A DNA stretch of 46,432 bases from an uncultured Alphaproteobacteria bacterium (GTDB lineage: Bacteria; Pseudomonadota; Alphaproteobacteria; Caulobacterales; Maricaulaceae), in the NCBI GenBank assembly GCA_963922935.1, contig CAWUKE010000001.1:1-46432 (forward strand), in the 5' to 3' direction. The position numbers and the translations under genes are program-made. Each line of letters starts with the position of its first letter. Position 1 is the stretch's first letter. The notes under the pieces were generated by a model that ran no database searches, was not told where the DNA came from, and worked only from the letters and a program-made list of their open reading frames with translations. Shown here in pieces: positions 1 through 9,962 of the stretch.

Positions 1-250
1 GAATGATAAGGTCGGGGTCAGCCTGGTCAAAAACGGATTTCAAACCATCCGCGTTGCGAATATCAACCTGATGGAAATGGTATCGCGGTGAGTTAGCGGT
101 CTCTTCCAAAGCCTTGAGATTGGCGGCGTAGGTCAGCGCGTCAATATTGTGAACATTGTGGGGTGTTTTGCGGATCAGGAAGCGGATCAGGGCCGATCCG
201 ATAAAGCCGCAGCCGCCCGTTACAAGGATGTTTAAGGGGGTGGCGTTCAT
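1..250 (-). CDS. rfbB: dTDP-glucose 4,6-dehydratase, 5' part (runs off the window)
   Basis: Manual translation from ATG at 250: [25 protein letters not shown]...NIDALTYAAN. The start overlaps the rfbA stop (TAATG). Not in the ORF track because it is truncated. Confidence 0.92.
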   Translation of the reverse strand, partial: MNATPLNILVTGGCGFIGSALIRFLIRKTPHNVHNIDALTYAANLKALEETANSPRYHFHQVDIRNADGLKSVFDQADPDLII

Positions 251-1128
251 TAAAAGCGTTCCAGAAGAGCCCGCACATAAAGATCATAGTCGCTTTTACC
301 CCCTTCGCCAATTTGCGCGCTCAGCGCGGCTTTGGATATAAAACCTTCGCGAAGGGCGATTTCTTCCAAGCAGGCAATTTTCAAGCTTTGCCGGGTTTCA
401 ATCGTGGCCACAAATTGCGAGGCGTCTAGCAGGCTTTGTGGCGTCCCGGAGTCAAGCCAGGCAAAGCCGCGCCCTAATGGGTGAACCCGAAGATCTCCGC
501 GCTCTAGATAAGCTTGGTTGACCGCTGTGATTTCAAGCTCCCCCCGTGCCGAAGGTGTAACAGAACGGGCAATATCAACGACGTCATTATCGTAAAAATA
601 TAGCCCTGTTGCGGCAAAGTCGCTTTTGGGAACCTCTGGTTTTTCTTCAATCGACAAGACCTGTCCACCCGCGTCAAATTCAACAACCCCAAAGCGTTCG
701 GGATCGCGCACCTGATAGCCAAAGATCATTGCACCGCCGCCATCACGTACGGTTTGTGCGCTTGATTTCAAGAGATGGGAGAAGCTTTGACCATAAAAGA
801 TGTTGTCTCCGAGAATGAGGGAGACAGGATCGTTTCCAATAAAATCAGCCCCAATCAGAAAGGCCTCAGCCAGCCCGTTTGGGTTTGCTTGAACCGCATA
901 TTCGATAGAAAGCCCAAGGCGTGATCCATCACCAAGAAGACGTTGAAATGCCGCCTGGTCCTGCGGTGTTGTAATAATCAAAATCTCTTGGATGCCCGCC
1001 AACATAAGGACAGATAGCGGGTAGTAGATCATTGGCTTATCCGCGACGGGCAAAAGCTGTTTAGAGACGGCGAGCGTTACGGGGTGTAGCCGTGTCCCGG
1101 ACCCACCAGCGAGAATTATGCCCTTCAT
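250..1128 (-). CDS. rfbA: glucose-1-phosphate thymidylyltransferase
   Basis: [40 protein letters not shown] and GRGFAWLD motifs; 292 aa. Confidence 0.97.
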   Translation of the reverse strand: MKGIILAGGSGTRLHPVTLAVSKQLLPVADKPMIYYPLSVLMLAGIQEILIITTPQDQAAFQRLLGDGSRLGLSIEYAVQANPNGLAEAFLIGADFIGNDPVSLILGDNIFYGQSFSHLLKSSAQTVRDGGGAMIFGYQVRDPERFGVVEFDAGGQVLSIEEKPEVPKSDFAATGLYFYDNDVVDIARSVTPSARGELEITAVNQAYLERGDLRVHPLGRGFAWLDSGTPQSLLDASQFVATIETRQSLKIACLEEIALREGFISKAALSAQIGEGGKSDYDLYVRALLERF

Positions 1129-1266
1129 GTTTTATCCTTATCGTGGTCAATCGAAACGGAGGTCACAGGAGCGCTCGGTCAAGGTCTAATCGGTTATAGC
1201 CATTGAACATGGCCCTTGCTAGTGATGGCGCAGCAATTTCACTCATCGATTTGGACCTGAACGATC

Positions 1267-2277
1267 ATGAAAGCCAACTCCATCCTTGTTACTGGTGGTG
1301 CAGGCTATATCGGCTCACATACGGTGACTTGCTTATTAGAGGCGGGGCATGAAGTCGTTGTTCTCGACAATCTCAGTAATGCCGAACGATCTGTTCTGCC
1401 CCGCATAGAGACGCTGACAGGCCGACCTGTCCAGGCTTTTATTGAAGCGGATGTTCAGGATTATTCCGCCGTTAAGTCCGCGTTGCGGGACTATGATTGC
1501 GGAGCCGTGATGCACTTCGCGGGCCTGAAGGCGGTAGGCGAGTCTGTTCAGAACCCCCTTCTTTATTACCGCGAAAACGTTGCAGGAACGCTTTGCTTGC
1601 TAGAGGCGATGGTAGCCTGTGACGTCAATACGCTGGTGTTTAGTTCCTCAGCCACAGTCTATGGCGATCCACAATTCCTCCCTTACACAGAGGATCACCC
1701 TCTCGCCCCAACCAACCCCTATGGACAGACGAAGCGACATATTGAAGATATGTTACGCGATCTCTGTCAGTCGCAGGATGATATGAGGGTGGCGCTGCTG
1801 CGTTACTTCAATCCATGCGGAGCGCATGCAAGCGGCATGATTGGAGAGAATCCGCGCGGCATACCGAACAATCTTGTCCCGTTCATCGCCCAAGTCGCCT
1901 CTGGTCAGCGTGACGCGTTGAACATTTATGGGAATGATTATGACACGCCCGACGGAACAGGTGTCCGTGACTATGTCCATGTGATAGACCTCGCCATGGG
2001 CCATATTGCGGCGCTTGATTTCCTGGCCTCACATATGGGGTGTCATGTCTTCAATCTGGGCACAGGGAAGGGGGCGTCTGTATTGGAGGTTTTGAAAGCT
2101 TTTGAAGCGGCGGTCGGGCGTCCCTTACCTTATCGGATTGCACCGCGTCGCCCGGGTGATTTAGCGGCTTATCATGCCGATTCTACCAAAGCACAACAGC
2201 GGCTAGGTTGGGAGGCCACACGCGACCTTAAAACAATGTGCGAAGATCATTGGCGTTGGCAACAATCACTACTCTGA
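1267..2277 (+). CDS. galE: UDP-glucose 4-epimerase
   Basis: GGAGYIGSH, HFAGLKAVGES, FSSSATVYG, YGQTK, LRYFNP and DGTGVRDYVHV motifs. Confidence 0.96.
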   Translation: MKANSILVTGGAGYIGSHTVTCLLEAGHEVVVLDNLSNAERSVLPRIETLTGRPVQAFIEADVQDYSAVKSALRDYDCGAVMHFAGLKAVGESVQNPLLYYRENVAGTLCLLEAMVACDVNTLVFSSSATVYGDPQFLPYTEDHPLAPTNPYGQTKRHIEDMLRDLCQSQDDMRVALLRYFNPCGAHASGMIGENPRGIPNNLVPFIAQVASGQRDALNIYGNDYDTPDGTGVRDYVHVIDLAMGHIAALDFLASHMGCHVFNLGTGKGASVLEVLKAFEAAVGRPLPYRIAPRRPGDLAAYHADSTKAQQRLGWEATRDLKTMCEDHWRWQQSLL

Positions 2278-2381
2278 CCTAGCGGATGCCTGATAAAATC
2301 GGATTTATTTGGATTGCTCGACATTGTGTCGAGCCTAACATTTTAAATTCAAATATTTGAATTATGCTTCGTGGTGGCGCA

Positions 2382-3503
2382 CTAAGCAGCGGTCGCAGCG
2401 ATAACGGATGCAATTATTCGGTCCTGATCGCTCTCTTCCAGATATGCGTGCATGGGGAGCGACAGGACGCGCTCCGACGCTGCCTCTGTATTCGCTAATC
2501 CTCCCGCACCAATTGGGAAGCCCTGATAGGCGGTTTGTTTATGGATGGGACGCGGATAGTAGCGCGCGCTGGGAATGTCTTGCGCTTTAAGGTGATCGCA
2601 GACGGCAACGGGATTGGGGACTTCAATCGTATATTGCGCCCAGGTCGAGCACACCTCACTATGTATATGCGGCACCCGAATGTCGTTGCGGCGCAAGCCC
2701 TCACTGTAGCGCGCTGCGATACGGTTTCGCGCCTTGATTTCATCGGCAAATATCGAAAGCTTTGGCAGTAAGATCGCCGCTTGAATGGTGTCTAAACGAG
2801 AATTGAGCCCGATCCGAGCATTGTCAAACGGTGCATCGCCCCGACCATGAAAGCGCAGACTTTCAAGTACGTCCTGTAATTCGCTATCGTTCGTGAGAAC
2901 CGCACCCCCATCCCCATAACAGCCAAGCGGCTTGGCGGGAAAAAAGCTTGTCGTTTGCACATCCGCCCAATGCAAGGGATGCTTACCACCCAGGGTCGAC
3001 CCAAAACCTTGCGCAGAGTCTGCAATCACCTTGAGACCGGCCTCACGTGCGACTGGCATGATTGCCGGATAATCTGCGGCCTGTCCGAACAGATCAACAA
3101 TGATAATTGCGCGCGGTGTGAGCACTCCGTCGCGTTTCACGCCTTCAATAGCCGATTTCAGGCTTTTAGCGCACATATTGTAAGTATCGCGATCGATATC
3201 GACAAACACTGGTGTTGCACCGGACAGGGCAACGACTTCTGCTGTCGCACAGTAGGTAAAGGATGGGCAGAAAACAGCATCGCCTACACCAATGTCCCAA
3301 GCCATAAGGGGCATCAAGATCGCATCAGTGCCATTAGCGCAGCCAAGAGCAAATCGTGCATCCGCAAATTCCGCCAACTGCTTTTCAAATGTTCGGACGG
3401 GCTCTCCCAAAATATATTGACCGCTCTCCAAAACAGCCGCAATGCCCGCGTCGATCTGATGCTTAAGCCGCCTTTGCTGCTCGTGAAGATCAATGAATTT
3501 CAT
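2382..3503 (-). CDS. DegT/DnrJ/EryC1/StrS PLP-dependent sugar aminotransferase (WbpE-like)
   Basis: ANGTDA, SFFPAKPLGCYGDGGA (PLP lysine) and NSRLDTIQAA motifs. Start placed at MKFIDL (ATG 3503) rather than the track start at 3539. Confidence 0.92.
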   Translation of the reverse strand: MKFIDLHEQQRRLKHQIDAGIAAVLESGQYILGEPVRTFEKQLAEFADARFALGCANGTDAILMPLMAWDIGVGDAVFCPSFTYCATAEVVALSGATPVFVDIDRDTYNMCAKSLKSAIEGVKRDGVLTPRAIIIVDLFGQAADYPAIMPVAREAGLKVIADSAQGFGSTLGGKHPLHWADVQTTSFFPAKPLGCYGDGGAVLTNDSELQDVLESLRFHGRGDAPFDNARIGLNSRLDTIQAAILLPKLSIFADEIKARNRIAARYSEGLRRNDIRVPHIHSEVCSTWAQYTIEVPNPVAVCDHLKAQDIPSARYYPRPIHKQTAYQGFPIGAGGLANTEAASERVLSLPMHAYLEESDQDRIIASVIAATAA

Positions 3504-3642
3504 GAAAGGCCCATAACGTGCGGTCATACCACACGCCATAGAAAATGGCGTGTGGGCGATGACACCTGCTTTTCCTCTACAGTAGAGCTATTTCCGCTCA
3601 AAAGGCGGAAGCTCAGTCTTAGGGCAGGCGTCGCTGTATTTT

Positions 3643-5061
3643 TTAAGGTGTCTCAACTTTCCAATAGACTGCCGCACCATCAATCTCAATTAATGGGCTC
3701 TCTATTGCGTGCTCCTGCCTAAATTCAGTCACGGCTTTCCGACAAGGTTCTAAGATATAATCATCTATAATAACGTATCCACCAGGCACAACTTTAGGAT
3801 AGAGATGCGTAAGGCTTACCATCGTTGAATCGTACATGTCGCCATCCAGCCTAAGGATGGCGAGTTTCTCAACCGCACAATCTTCCAAAGTGTCTTGGAA
3901 GAAACCTTCCACAAACTTGACCCGGTCATCGAGCGCATCGAAGCGTCGGAAATTGTCTTCGACGGTTGCGCGGTCGACGGCGAGTATATCGAACGTGTGA
4001 TGGATGTCACCTTCATCAGCGACTGTGCCGTCCACGGGCGGCGGAAGCCCTTTGAAGCTGTCCGCGAGCCAGACCGTCCGGTCCCCGACGCCCATAGCGT
4101 CCAGCAGGCATTTTGCCATGATACACGCCCCGCCCCTCCAGACACCGGCTTCCAGTATGTCCCCTTCGGTTTCGGCGTCCACGACCGCGCGGATCAGATC
4201 CGCGAAGTTGCGAAGGCGATAGGTTCCGATCATCGTTAGGGCCGTCTGTGGCCAGTCCCGACCCAATTTCCGGGTCGCTTCGTCGTAGCTGGAAAAGGCG
4301 TCCTGGACCGGAGCGTCCCGATGCAGTGTCCCGGTGAGCGTGCCAATCAGGACGTCTACATAGCGGTCGATCAGTCGGTCATGGGTTTCCTCCGAGCCGC
4401 GACCGCGCTTGCCGGAGAGCGACTGGATTGAGCCTTGCGCGGCTACACCGTGACGCTGCATGTCGTCCATACGGCCCATTAGGCGGGAGAAGCGATCGTC
4501 CAGCAGGCCGAGCGTACGGGACAGCATGCCAGACAACTTACCATCTATGGCTTCTAAGGCAGTACCATCCGAGCCTGACGCCGTCGGTATGTTCATCGAC
4601 TCGATGGCCACCGCCACGGCGTCTATGCCGGCCATCGTCTGCGAAAAGCGATCGTCGATATGCTCCAACATTTCCAGCCGAAGCGACGCGAACCTCTCAT
4701 TGACGGCGTCCATTGTGACTGCGTCGGCGGCGCGCGCAGTCTCAGGATATCCATTTTCGAGAGCCGTGTCGGAAGCAGCACGAGACGCAGTCTCAGCATC
4801 GACGCTCTTCTCGCGCTTGTTCGGAGGGCCTGGTGTGGACGTCTCTGTCTGTGGGGTTGGAGGCATGTTGGTGCTGCGAGGACCTTTAGCGCGATCCGGA
4901 GGCGATGTCTTTGCGGCTTCCCTCTTGGATGTTCTGTCGACGTTCGTGCCGTCTTTGGCTGGAGAGCTCGGCTTTTCGACTTGGGGTACGCCGTCGTTAC
5001 CCTGCTGGTTGTTCTGATTGGCGCCGCCTTGACCGGCTTCAGAGTCTAGTTCGTTGGACAA
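3643..5061 (-). CDS. TylF/MycF/NovP-family O-methyltransferase with a long N-terminal disordered and helical extension
   Basis: C-terminal RDWP..ALTMIG..RL, EGDILEAGVWRGG, DSFKGLP, LRLDGDMYDST and GGYVIIDDY motifs; TTG start preceded by AGGAA. Confidence 0.88.
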   Translation of the reverse strand: MSNELDSEAGQGGANQNNQQGNDGVPQVEKPSSPAKDGTNVDRTSKREAAKTSPPDRAKGPRSTNMPPTPQTETSTPGPPNKREKSVDAETASRAASDTALENGYPETARAADAVTMDAVNERFASLRLEMLEHIDDRFSQTMAGIDAVAVAIESMNIPTASGSDGTALEAIDGKLSGMLSRTLGLLDDRFSRLMGRMDDMQRHGVAAQGSIQSLSGKRGRGSEETHDRLIDRYVDVLIGTLTGTLHRDAPVQDAFSSYDEATRKLGRDWPQTALTMIGTYRLRNFADLIRAVVDAETEGDILEAGVWRGGACIMAKCLLDAMGVGDRTVWLADSFKGLPPPVDGTVADEGDIHHTFDILAVDRATVEDNFRRFDALDDRVKFVEGFFQDTLEDCAVEKLAILRLDGDMYDSTMVSLTHLYPKVVPGGYVIIDDYILEPCRKAVTEFRQEHAIESPLIEIDGAAVYWKVETP

Positions 5062-5314
5062 GGTGTCATTCCTGGAATGGAGTGGACGTTGGTTCCGTCT
5101 CTGTCATGCCACCACACCCCATCTATGGAAGCAAGCTTTCAATCAATAGAGATTGGGTCATTTTTGTGACGTTCGCAACATAGGATATCAATCGGTTCAA
5201 ATTCCGTTTCGGTCCTAAAAGCGCTTTCGATCGGACGCCGGAACTGAAAATTTCGTTTGCGGCCGGTTCCTTTTCCCCGACCTTTCGCCTCGTGCATCGC
5301 TGTCCTAGGTCAGC

Positions 5315-6367
5315 TCAGTTCGGGCTCCAGCGCTTGGCATCGATTTCCATGCCGAGCTGTCGCTTGATGAAGTCGATGGACATGAGCAAGTCGACTGTTT
5401 CATCGACGTTTAATGCTTGCGTATTGTGAGAGCCGTACGACTCCGGCATGTTGACGATTTGCTCGCCATCTTCGAAGTAGAGCTCGTAATTCAGGTCGCG
5501 CGCATCGCAGGGGATGCGGTAGTAACCTTCTAGATCCTCAGAGACAGTCATCTCCTCGGACGAGGCCAGCACCTCGTACATCTTCTCGCCGTGGCGTATG
5601 CCGATCGTCTTGACCTCCACCTCACGGTCGAAAATCTTCATCAGCGCCTTATAAAGAACCTCGATTGTGCAGGCCGGAGACTTCTGGACGAACGTGTCCC
5701 CTTGCTTACCGTTCTGATAAGCGAATTCCACGAGCGTTACTGATTCCGGCAGGCTCATCATGAAGCGCGTCATCTGCGAATGGGTCACCGTAATCGGACC
5801 ACCTGAGAGGATCTGGCGCGTGAAAAGCGGGATTACAGAGCCGCGCGACGCCATCACATTGCCGTAGCGCGTGACGTTGACGACTGGGCCCTGGGTTCCG
5901 ATGTGGCGCGAATGCGCGACGGCAACTTTCTCCATCATTGCCTTAGATGTTCCCATTGCGTTGATCGGATAGACAGCCTTGTCAGTCGACAGGACGACAA
6001 TACGCTCCACGTCGGTCTCCATCGCCGCGCGGATGCAATTGTCGGTACCGATCACATTGGTGCGTACTGCCTCCATCGGAAAGAATTCGCAGGACGGCAC
6101 CTGCTTAAGCGCGGCAGCGTGGAAAACGTGGCTGGCACCGCGAATGGCGGGGCGAATACTGTCGATGTTGCGTACGTCGCCAATGTAGAAGCGCAGTCGG
6201 TCGTCATTATAGAACTTGCGCATGTCGTCCTGTTTCTTCTCGTCGCGCGAGAGGATGCGGATTTCCCCGACACCGCGTTCGAGGAAGGACGCCACCATCG
6301 TGTTGCCGAACGAACCCGTTCCGCCATTGATGAGGACGGTTCGGTCTTTGAGTGGAATATCGATCAT
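5315..6367 (-). CDS. fnlA: UDP-GlcNAc 4,6-dehydratase/epimerase (FnlA/WbjB/CapE/WbvB type)
   Basis: GGTGSFG, SRDEKKQDDMR, HAAALKQVPSCEFFPMEA, STDKAVYPINAMG.SKA and RYGNVMASRGSVIP motifs. ATG 6367 overlaps the upstream stop (ATGA). Confidence 0.9.
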   Translation of the reverse strand: MIDIPLKDRTVLINGGTGSFGNTMVASFLERGVGEIRILSRDEKKQDDMRKFYNDDRLRFYIGDVRNIDSIRPAIRGASHVFHAAALKQVPSCEFFPMEAVRTNVIGTDNCIRAAMETDVERIVVLSTDKAVYPINAMGTSKAMMEKVAVAHSRHIGTQGPVVNVTRYGNVMASRGSVIPLFTRQILSGGPITVTHSQMTRFMMSLPESVTLVEFAYQNGKQGDTFVQKSPACTIEVLYKALMKIFDREVEVKTIGIRHGEKMYEVLASSEEMTVSEDLEGYYRIPCDARDLNYELYFEDGEQIVNMPESYGSHNTQALNVDETVDLLMSIDFIKRQLGMEIDAKRWSPN

Positions 6368-7233
6368 CGGGAAGTCCATTTAGGGGCGTTGTCTCTCATG
6401 GCGGCGACGAGTTGCGGCCATGGCAATGGTTGGAACCCAGTGGCGCTGCGGAAGCGTGTGCTGTCCAGCGACCGATCTATGACAAGATCGTCCGAGGGTT
6501 CTATCATGACGTCGTGGCCGTATTGCTCGGCGACCATGGACAGGAGTGTGTATTTATCAATCGGCTCGGCTGAGACATGATACAGTCCTGTCAGCTCTGG
6601 GTTCGGGATAATGTGGTCAGCGATGACATCGGCGAGGACGATGGTGGGGAAGCCTGAGAAAATCGCCTTTCGAAAGCCTTTCACTGCGCCTTCCGTCGAA
6701 AGGAACCAGTCGATCAGCGACGCGGCCCGACCCGACTCATGGCCGATGATAGATGTTCGGATAGTCAGGCTGTTGTCGCGCGCCGTGACCTCACCCAGTA
6801 GTTTCGAGCGGCCATACATATCGGTAGCGTCAGGCGTGTCGGCCTCGGTATACATGCCCTTCTTGCCTGAAAACGTGCAATCCGTGGATATTTCGAGAAA
6901 GCGCGCGCCGACATTGCTCGCCAATCGCGCCACCTGATGTGGTAATAAACTGTTGATGCGGATAAAGTCCTCGTCAGTGACGGACGAACCCACCTGTTTG
7001 ATAAGCCCAATTGCATTAATGACCATGTCGATTGAATGGTCATCCATTATCTGGGTCATCCTTTCGGCGTCGAAGATGTCGTTAAGCTCGAGAAAGGTCG
7101 CTCCGGGCACGTCTGGGAGGATTGCATCTGGACGATGTGTTCCGAAAACTTCGAAGTTTTCAGGTCGCTGCGCCAAACGCGTCATGAGGGACGCACCGAG
7201 CATGCCACTCGCTCCCAAAATCAGGATTTTCAT
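6364..7233 (-). CDS. RmlD-like NDP-4-keto-6-deoxyhexose reductase (WbvR/QnlA type)
   Basis: GASGMLG, ISTDCTFSG, YGRSKLLGE and RTSIIGHE motifs; 289 aa, without the C-terminal cupin of FnlB/CapF. Confidence 0.85.
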   Translation of the reverse strand: MKILILGASGMLGASLMTRLAQRPENFEVFGTHRPDAILPDVPGATFLELNDIFDAERMTQIMDDHSIDMVINAIGLIKQVGSSVTDEDFIRINSLLPHQVARLASNVGARFLEISTDCTFSGKKGMYTEADTPDATDMYGRSKLLGEVTARDNSLTIRTSIIGHESGRAASLIDWFLSTEGAVKGFRKAIFSGFPTIVLADVIADHIIPNPELTGLYHVSAEPIDKYTLLSMVAEQYGHDVMIEPSDDLVIDRSLDSTRFRSATGFQPLPWPQLVAAMRDNAPKWTSR

Positions 7234-7505
7234 GTCAGCCCGCTATTCTAATTCTATATTTTGGCATCAGGCGTTTCACTCGGTGGGAGCCGTAGAGCGC
7301 GTGATACTCCATGGCTCATAGCAAGTGTCAGCCACATAGTTGAAACCAGATGATGCGACAACCCCCCGAAAACAAACAAAGGGATCGCAGGTAATTCAAG
7401 AGATAATTGATTGACGGAATTGGGTGTAGCGGTCTAACGTCCGAAATAAATTCGCTTTTCTTCTTAGAAAGCGATATCGCCAATCTTAACGACGTCGAAT
7501 TCACA

Positions 7506-8186
7506 ATGGCCAGTCTTGCGAAATTTTTGGGTCGCCGGATCCCATCCTTGCGTCGCTTACATAACGAACTTGTCGTGCGGCGTGCTCAGGTCATTGAGCT
7601 TGAACAGCGCGTCGAGGCCATGTCGGCAGAAATTCAGGACGTTCGTATGAAGAGCCACGCGGGGACGCTCGCTTCCAAAGCTCTCATAGACGAGGTCCAG
7701 CACATATCAAACCAGAAGGACGCGGCACGTCTTCAAAAAGATGAGATTTCAAGCCGACTGCAGACTCTGGAAGCAGAGCGCAACCAGTTCGAGATCGACG
7801 CCAAATACCAGAAAGGCAAAGCCGAAACCCTTGCGCGCGAAATCGTGCTTGCCAATTTGACGATTGCCGATCTGACGGCCGCTAACGAAAAGCTGTCGCT
7901 TTCGTCCGAGACGCGCATGAAGTTGATCGAGTCGCTGTCTCCGATTAAGCCACCCGCCATGAAGATGCCTGCTGTCGGCAGTGCAGACGCGGAAAACACA
8001 AACGCCTCGAAGAAAAAGGTCGGGGCCAGACGTAAAGCTAAGGCGCCAAAGGCAAGCAAAACCGAAGGAAGCTCCAATCGAAATGCAGCCTCGGACCACA
8101 CTGGTCCGCGAAAAACTGAACGTCGCAGGAAGGCTCCGGCGACGTCGAAAGTGACGTCACGTTCGACGCGCACTTCGAAGTCGTAG
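7506..8186 (+). CDS. hypothetical coiled-coil protein with a Lys/Arg/Ser/Thr-rich C-terminal tail
   Basis: Heptad-like E/Q/L/A-rich middle region and a basic low-complexity tail. ATG 7506 preferred over TTG 7407. Confidence 0.7.
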   Translation: MASLAKFLGRRIPSLRRLHNELVVRRAQVIELEQRVEAMSAEIQDVRMKSHAGTLASKALIDEVQHISNQKDAARLQKDEISSRLQTLEAERNQFEIDAKYQKGKAETLAREIVLANLTIADLTAANEKLSLSSETRMKLIESLSPIKPPAMKMPAVGSADAENTNASKKKVGARRKAKAPKASKTEGSSNRNAASDHTGPRKTERRRKAPATSKVTSRSTRTSKS

Positions 8187-8217
8187 CGGGCAGGTTGCGC
8201 GCCAGGGCCGGAGGCTA

Positions 8218-9900
8218 TTGATCGTGACACAAAATTCCATCGTTCTAGAAATGGTCAATGACCGTCTGGCGAAAGATCGCCGCATGGAAGCGATAGGGCT
8301 TCTCAATCTCGTTGTCCCCGACGAATTGAACGATATTGAATCCATCGCCTTGCGGGCGTCGTTCCTCTACCGCATCGACGATGGATCATTGGCGGAAGCC
8401 TTCCTGAAAGAGAAACAGCGTTCCCGCGAATGGGACAAGCGAGAACAGTCAGTCTTTCATCACTGGCTCGGATTGACTTTTGCTGCCGCTGGACGTCTCG
8501 ACGAGTCTCTAGAGGAACTGGAAAAGGCGATGCGTCGTCTTGACGAGATTGGAGAGAGCCGCGCAGCAATCGAACCCGTTGAGTATCAGTATGCCTCGAT
8601 ACTTATGGCTTTAGGACGCGAAACCGAAGCGCAGCGATATTTTGATCTCAATCTGCCCGTGGCTTGCGGCGATGGGCAAGGGACGACGACCGCGGTGATC
8701 AGGTCGGACCTGCTGCGCATGGATGTGACGAAGCCGAAAGAGGTGATGTCCAAGAAAAAGTCAGGCGCATCCGTTGCGCAAGGGTTGCGCGATTTTTCTC
8801 TGCCGTCATCCGCTCGAACTGCGGACGGGATATTCCTGTTGAGCGCGGACATTCGGTATGCGCGCCTCTACCTGCCGATGGTTGCCCGTCAGCTTTCGAA
8901 GTTCAAGCGGGCCAACGGACGTCAAAGGTATCATCTTCACTTTCACGGTGTCGCCGTCGACAAGAGCGATCTCGGCTATCTGGAAAACGGTTGGTCAGCT
9001 TTGCTCACATCAGTGCGCCAATACCTTCCGGACATGTCGTTCACGCACCGATCCTATGACCTCGAAGACGCGAAGCTGATGGAAAAGCGATCGATTTTCT
9101 CTCTGGAGCGCTTTCGGGTTCTTCCAGCCCTGCTCGGCCAGGCCAAATGCCCTATATTTGTGACCGATGCCGACCAGATCGCCGTGCGCGACCCTAGCTC
9201 GCTTATCGAATCTGAAGTCGACGTGATGACGCGCTATCATTCAGGCAGTGTCGCCAACATATTGTCCGTTGCATCGGCGACGCTCAACATCTTTATGCCG
9301 ACCACGAATAGTCTGCGCTTTGCATCTGATCTGGCACGCTACTGCGATGGCGCGGTCTTGGACCGGTCTATGCTGCGGTGGCATGTCGATCAGGCAGCGC
9401 TTGCCGCCTGCATCTATCTTTCCAAGCCGACGCGTATCGGCCATTTGCCCCTAGGAGTTGTCGCAACTGACCCCCGCATTCGAGACCTCGATCTAGAAAG
9501 TAACGAAGAGATTGTCTTCTGGTCCGCGACCGCATCGCTGTCGAAGAGTTCTGAAGGTCGCGACGCGATGCAGCAGTTCGTTCTCGCTGGTGACAAGGAA
9601 GGCTCAGGCGGCGGGAGTAACCCAGAAAGCCGATCGACTGGTAAGGTCGAACCGCCGAGCCGACGTAAGTCGAGGACATCTGCGACATCGAAAACTAGAC
9701 CTGCTAAGCGAAAGCCAGGGCCGGCTGCTGCCAGAAAGGCGAAGCCGCGAGCGACGCAACGCAAAAAAGCGCCCGCCTCGGCCGCATTGTCGAGAAAGGT
9801 AACTTCGCCAAAACAGCGAACCGCTAAGGCTGGGGACACCAAACCCCGCACAGCAAAGTTTCGCATAACGGAGTCTCCGTCAGGGCAGTCTGCGAACTAA
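8218..9900 (+). CDS. hypothetical protein: TPR-like N-terminus, GT-A/nucleotide-diphospho-sugar transferase-like domain, basic tail
   Basis: TPR-like HWLGLTFAAAGRLDESLEELEKA and YASILMALGRETEAQRYF; ERFRVLP...FVTDAD (DxD) and WHVDQAAL. GGAGG at 8210-8214 suggests a GTG start at 8224. Confidence 0.7.
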   Translation: MIVTQNSIVLEMVNDRLAKDRRMEAIGLLNLVVPDELNDIESIALRASFLYRIDDGSLAEAFLKEKQRSREWDKREQSVFHHWLGLTFAAAGRLDESLEELEKAMRRLDEIGESRAAIEPVEYQYASILMALGRETEAQRYFDLNLPVACGDGQGTTTAVIRSDLLRMDVTKPKEVMSKKKSGASVAQGLRDFSLPSSARTADGIFLLSADIRYARLYLPMVARQLSKFKRANGRQRYHLHFHGVAVDKSDLGYLENGWSALLTSVRQYLPDMSFTHRSYDLEDAKLMEKRSIFSLERFRVLPALLGQAKCPIFVTDADQIAVRDPSSLIESEVDVMTRYHSGSVANILSVASATLNIFMPTTNSLRFASDLARYCDGAVLDRSMLRWHVDQAALAACIYLSKPTRIGHLPLGVVATDPRIRDLDLESNEEIVFWSATASLSKSSEGRDAMQQFVLAGDKEGSGGGSNPESRSTGKVEPPSRRKSRTSATSKTRPAKRKPGPAAARKAKPRATQRKKAPASAALSRKVTSPKQRTAKAGDTKPRTAKFRITESPSGQSAN

Positions 9901-9962
9901 GGCCTTTTGGGTCTTATTTGCGTCATTGGACTGCCACGAAAATTCATTGCATTGGATGCGAT

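Noticed and set aside
3585-3614. Hairpin TTCCGC-N7-GCGGAA downstream of the methyltransferase
   Set aside because: Short stem with no convincing U-tract on the minus strand; not called as a terminator
2955-3722. 255-aa plus-strand ORF
   Set aside because: Antisense shadow of the aminotransferase; no recognisable motifs
5903-6580. 225-aa plus-strand ORF
   Set aside because: Antisense to fnlA and the reductase; typical shadow frame in GC-rich DNA
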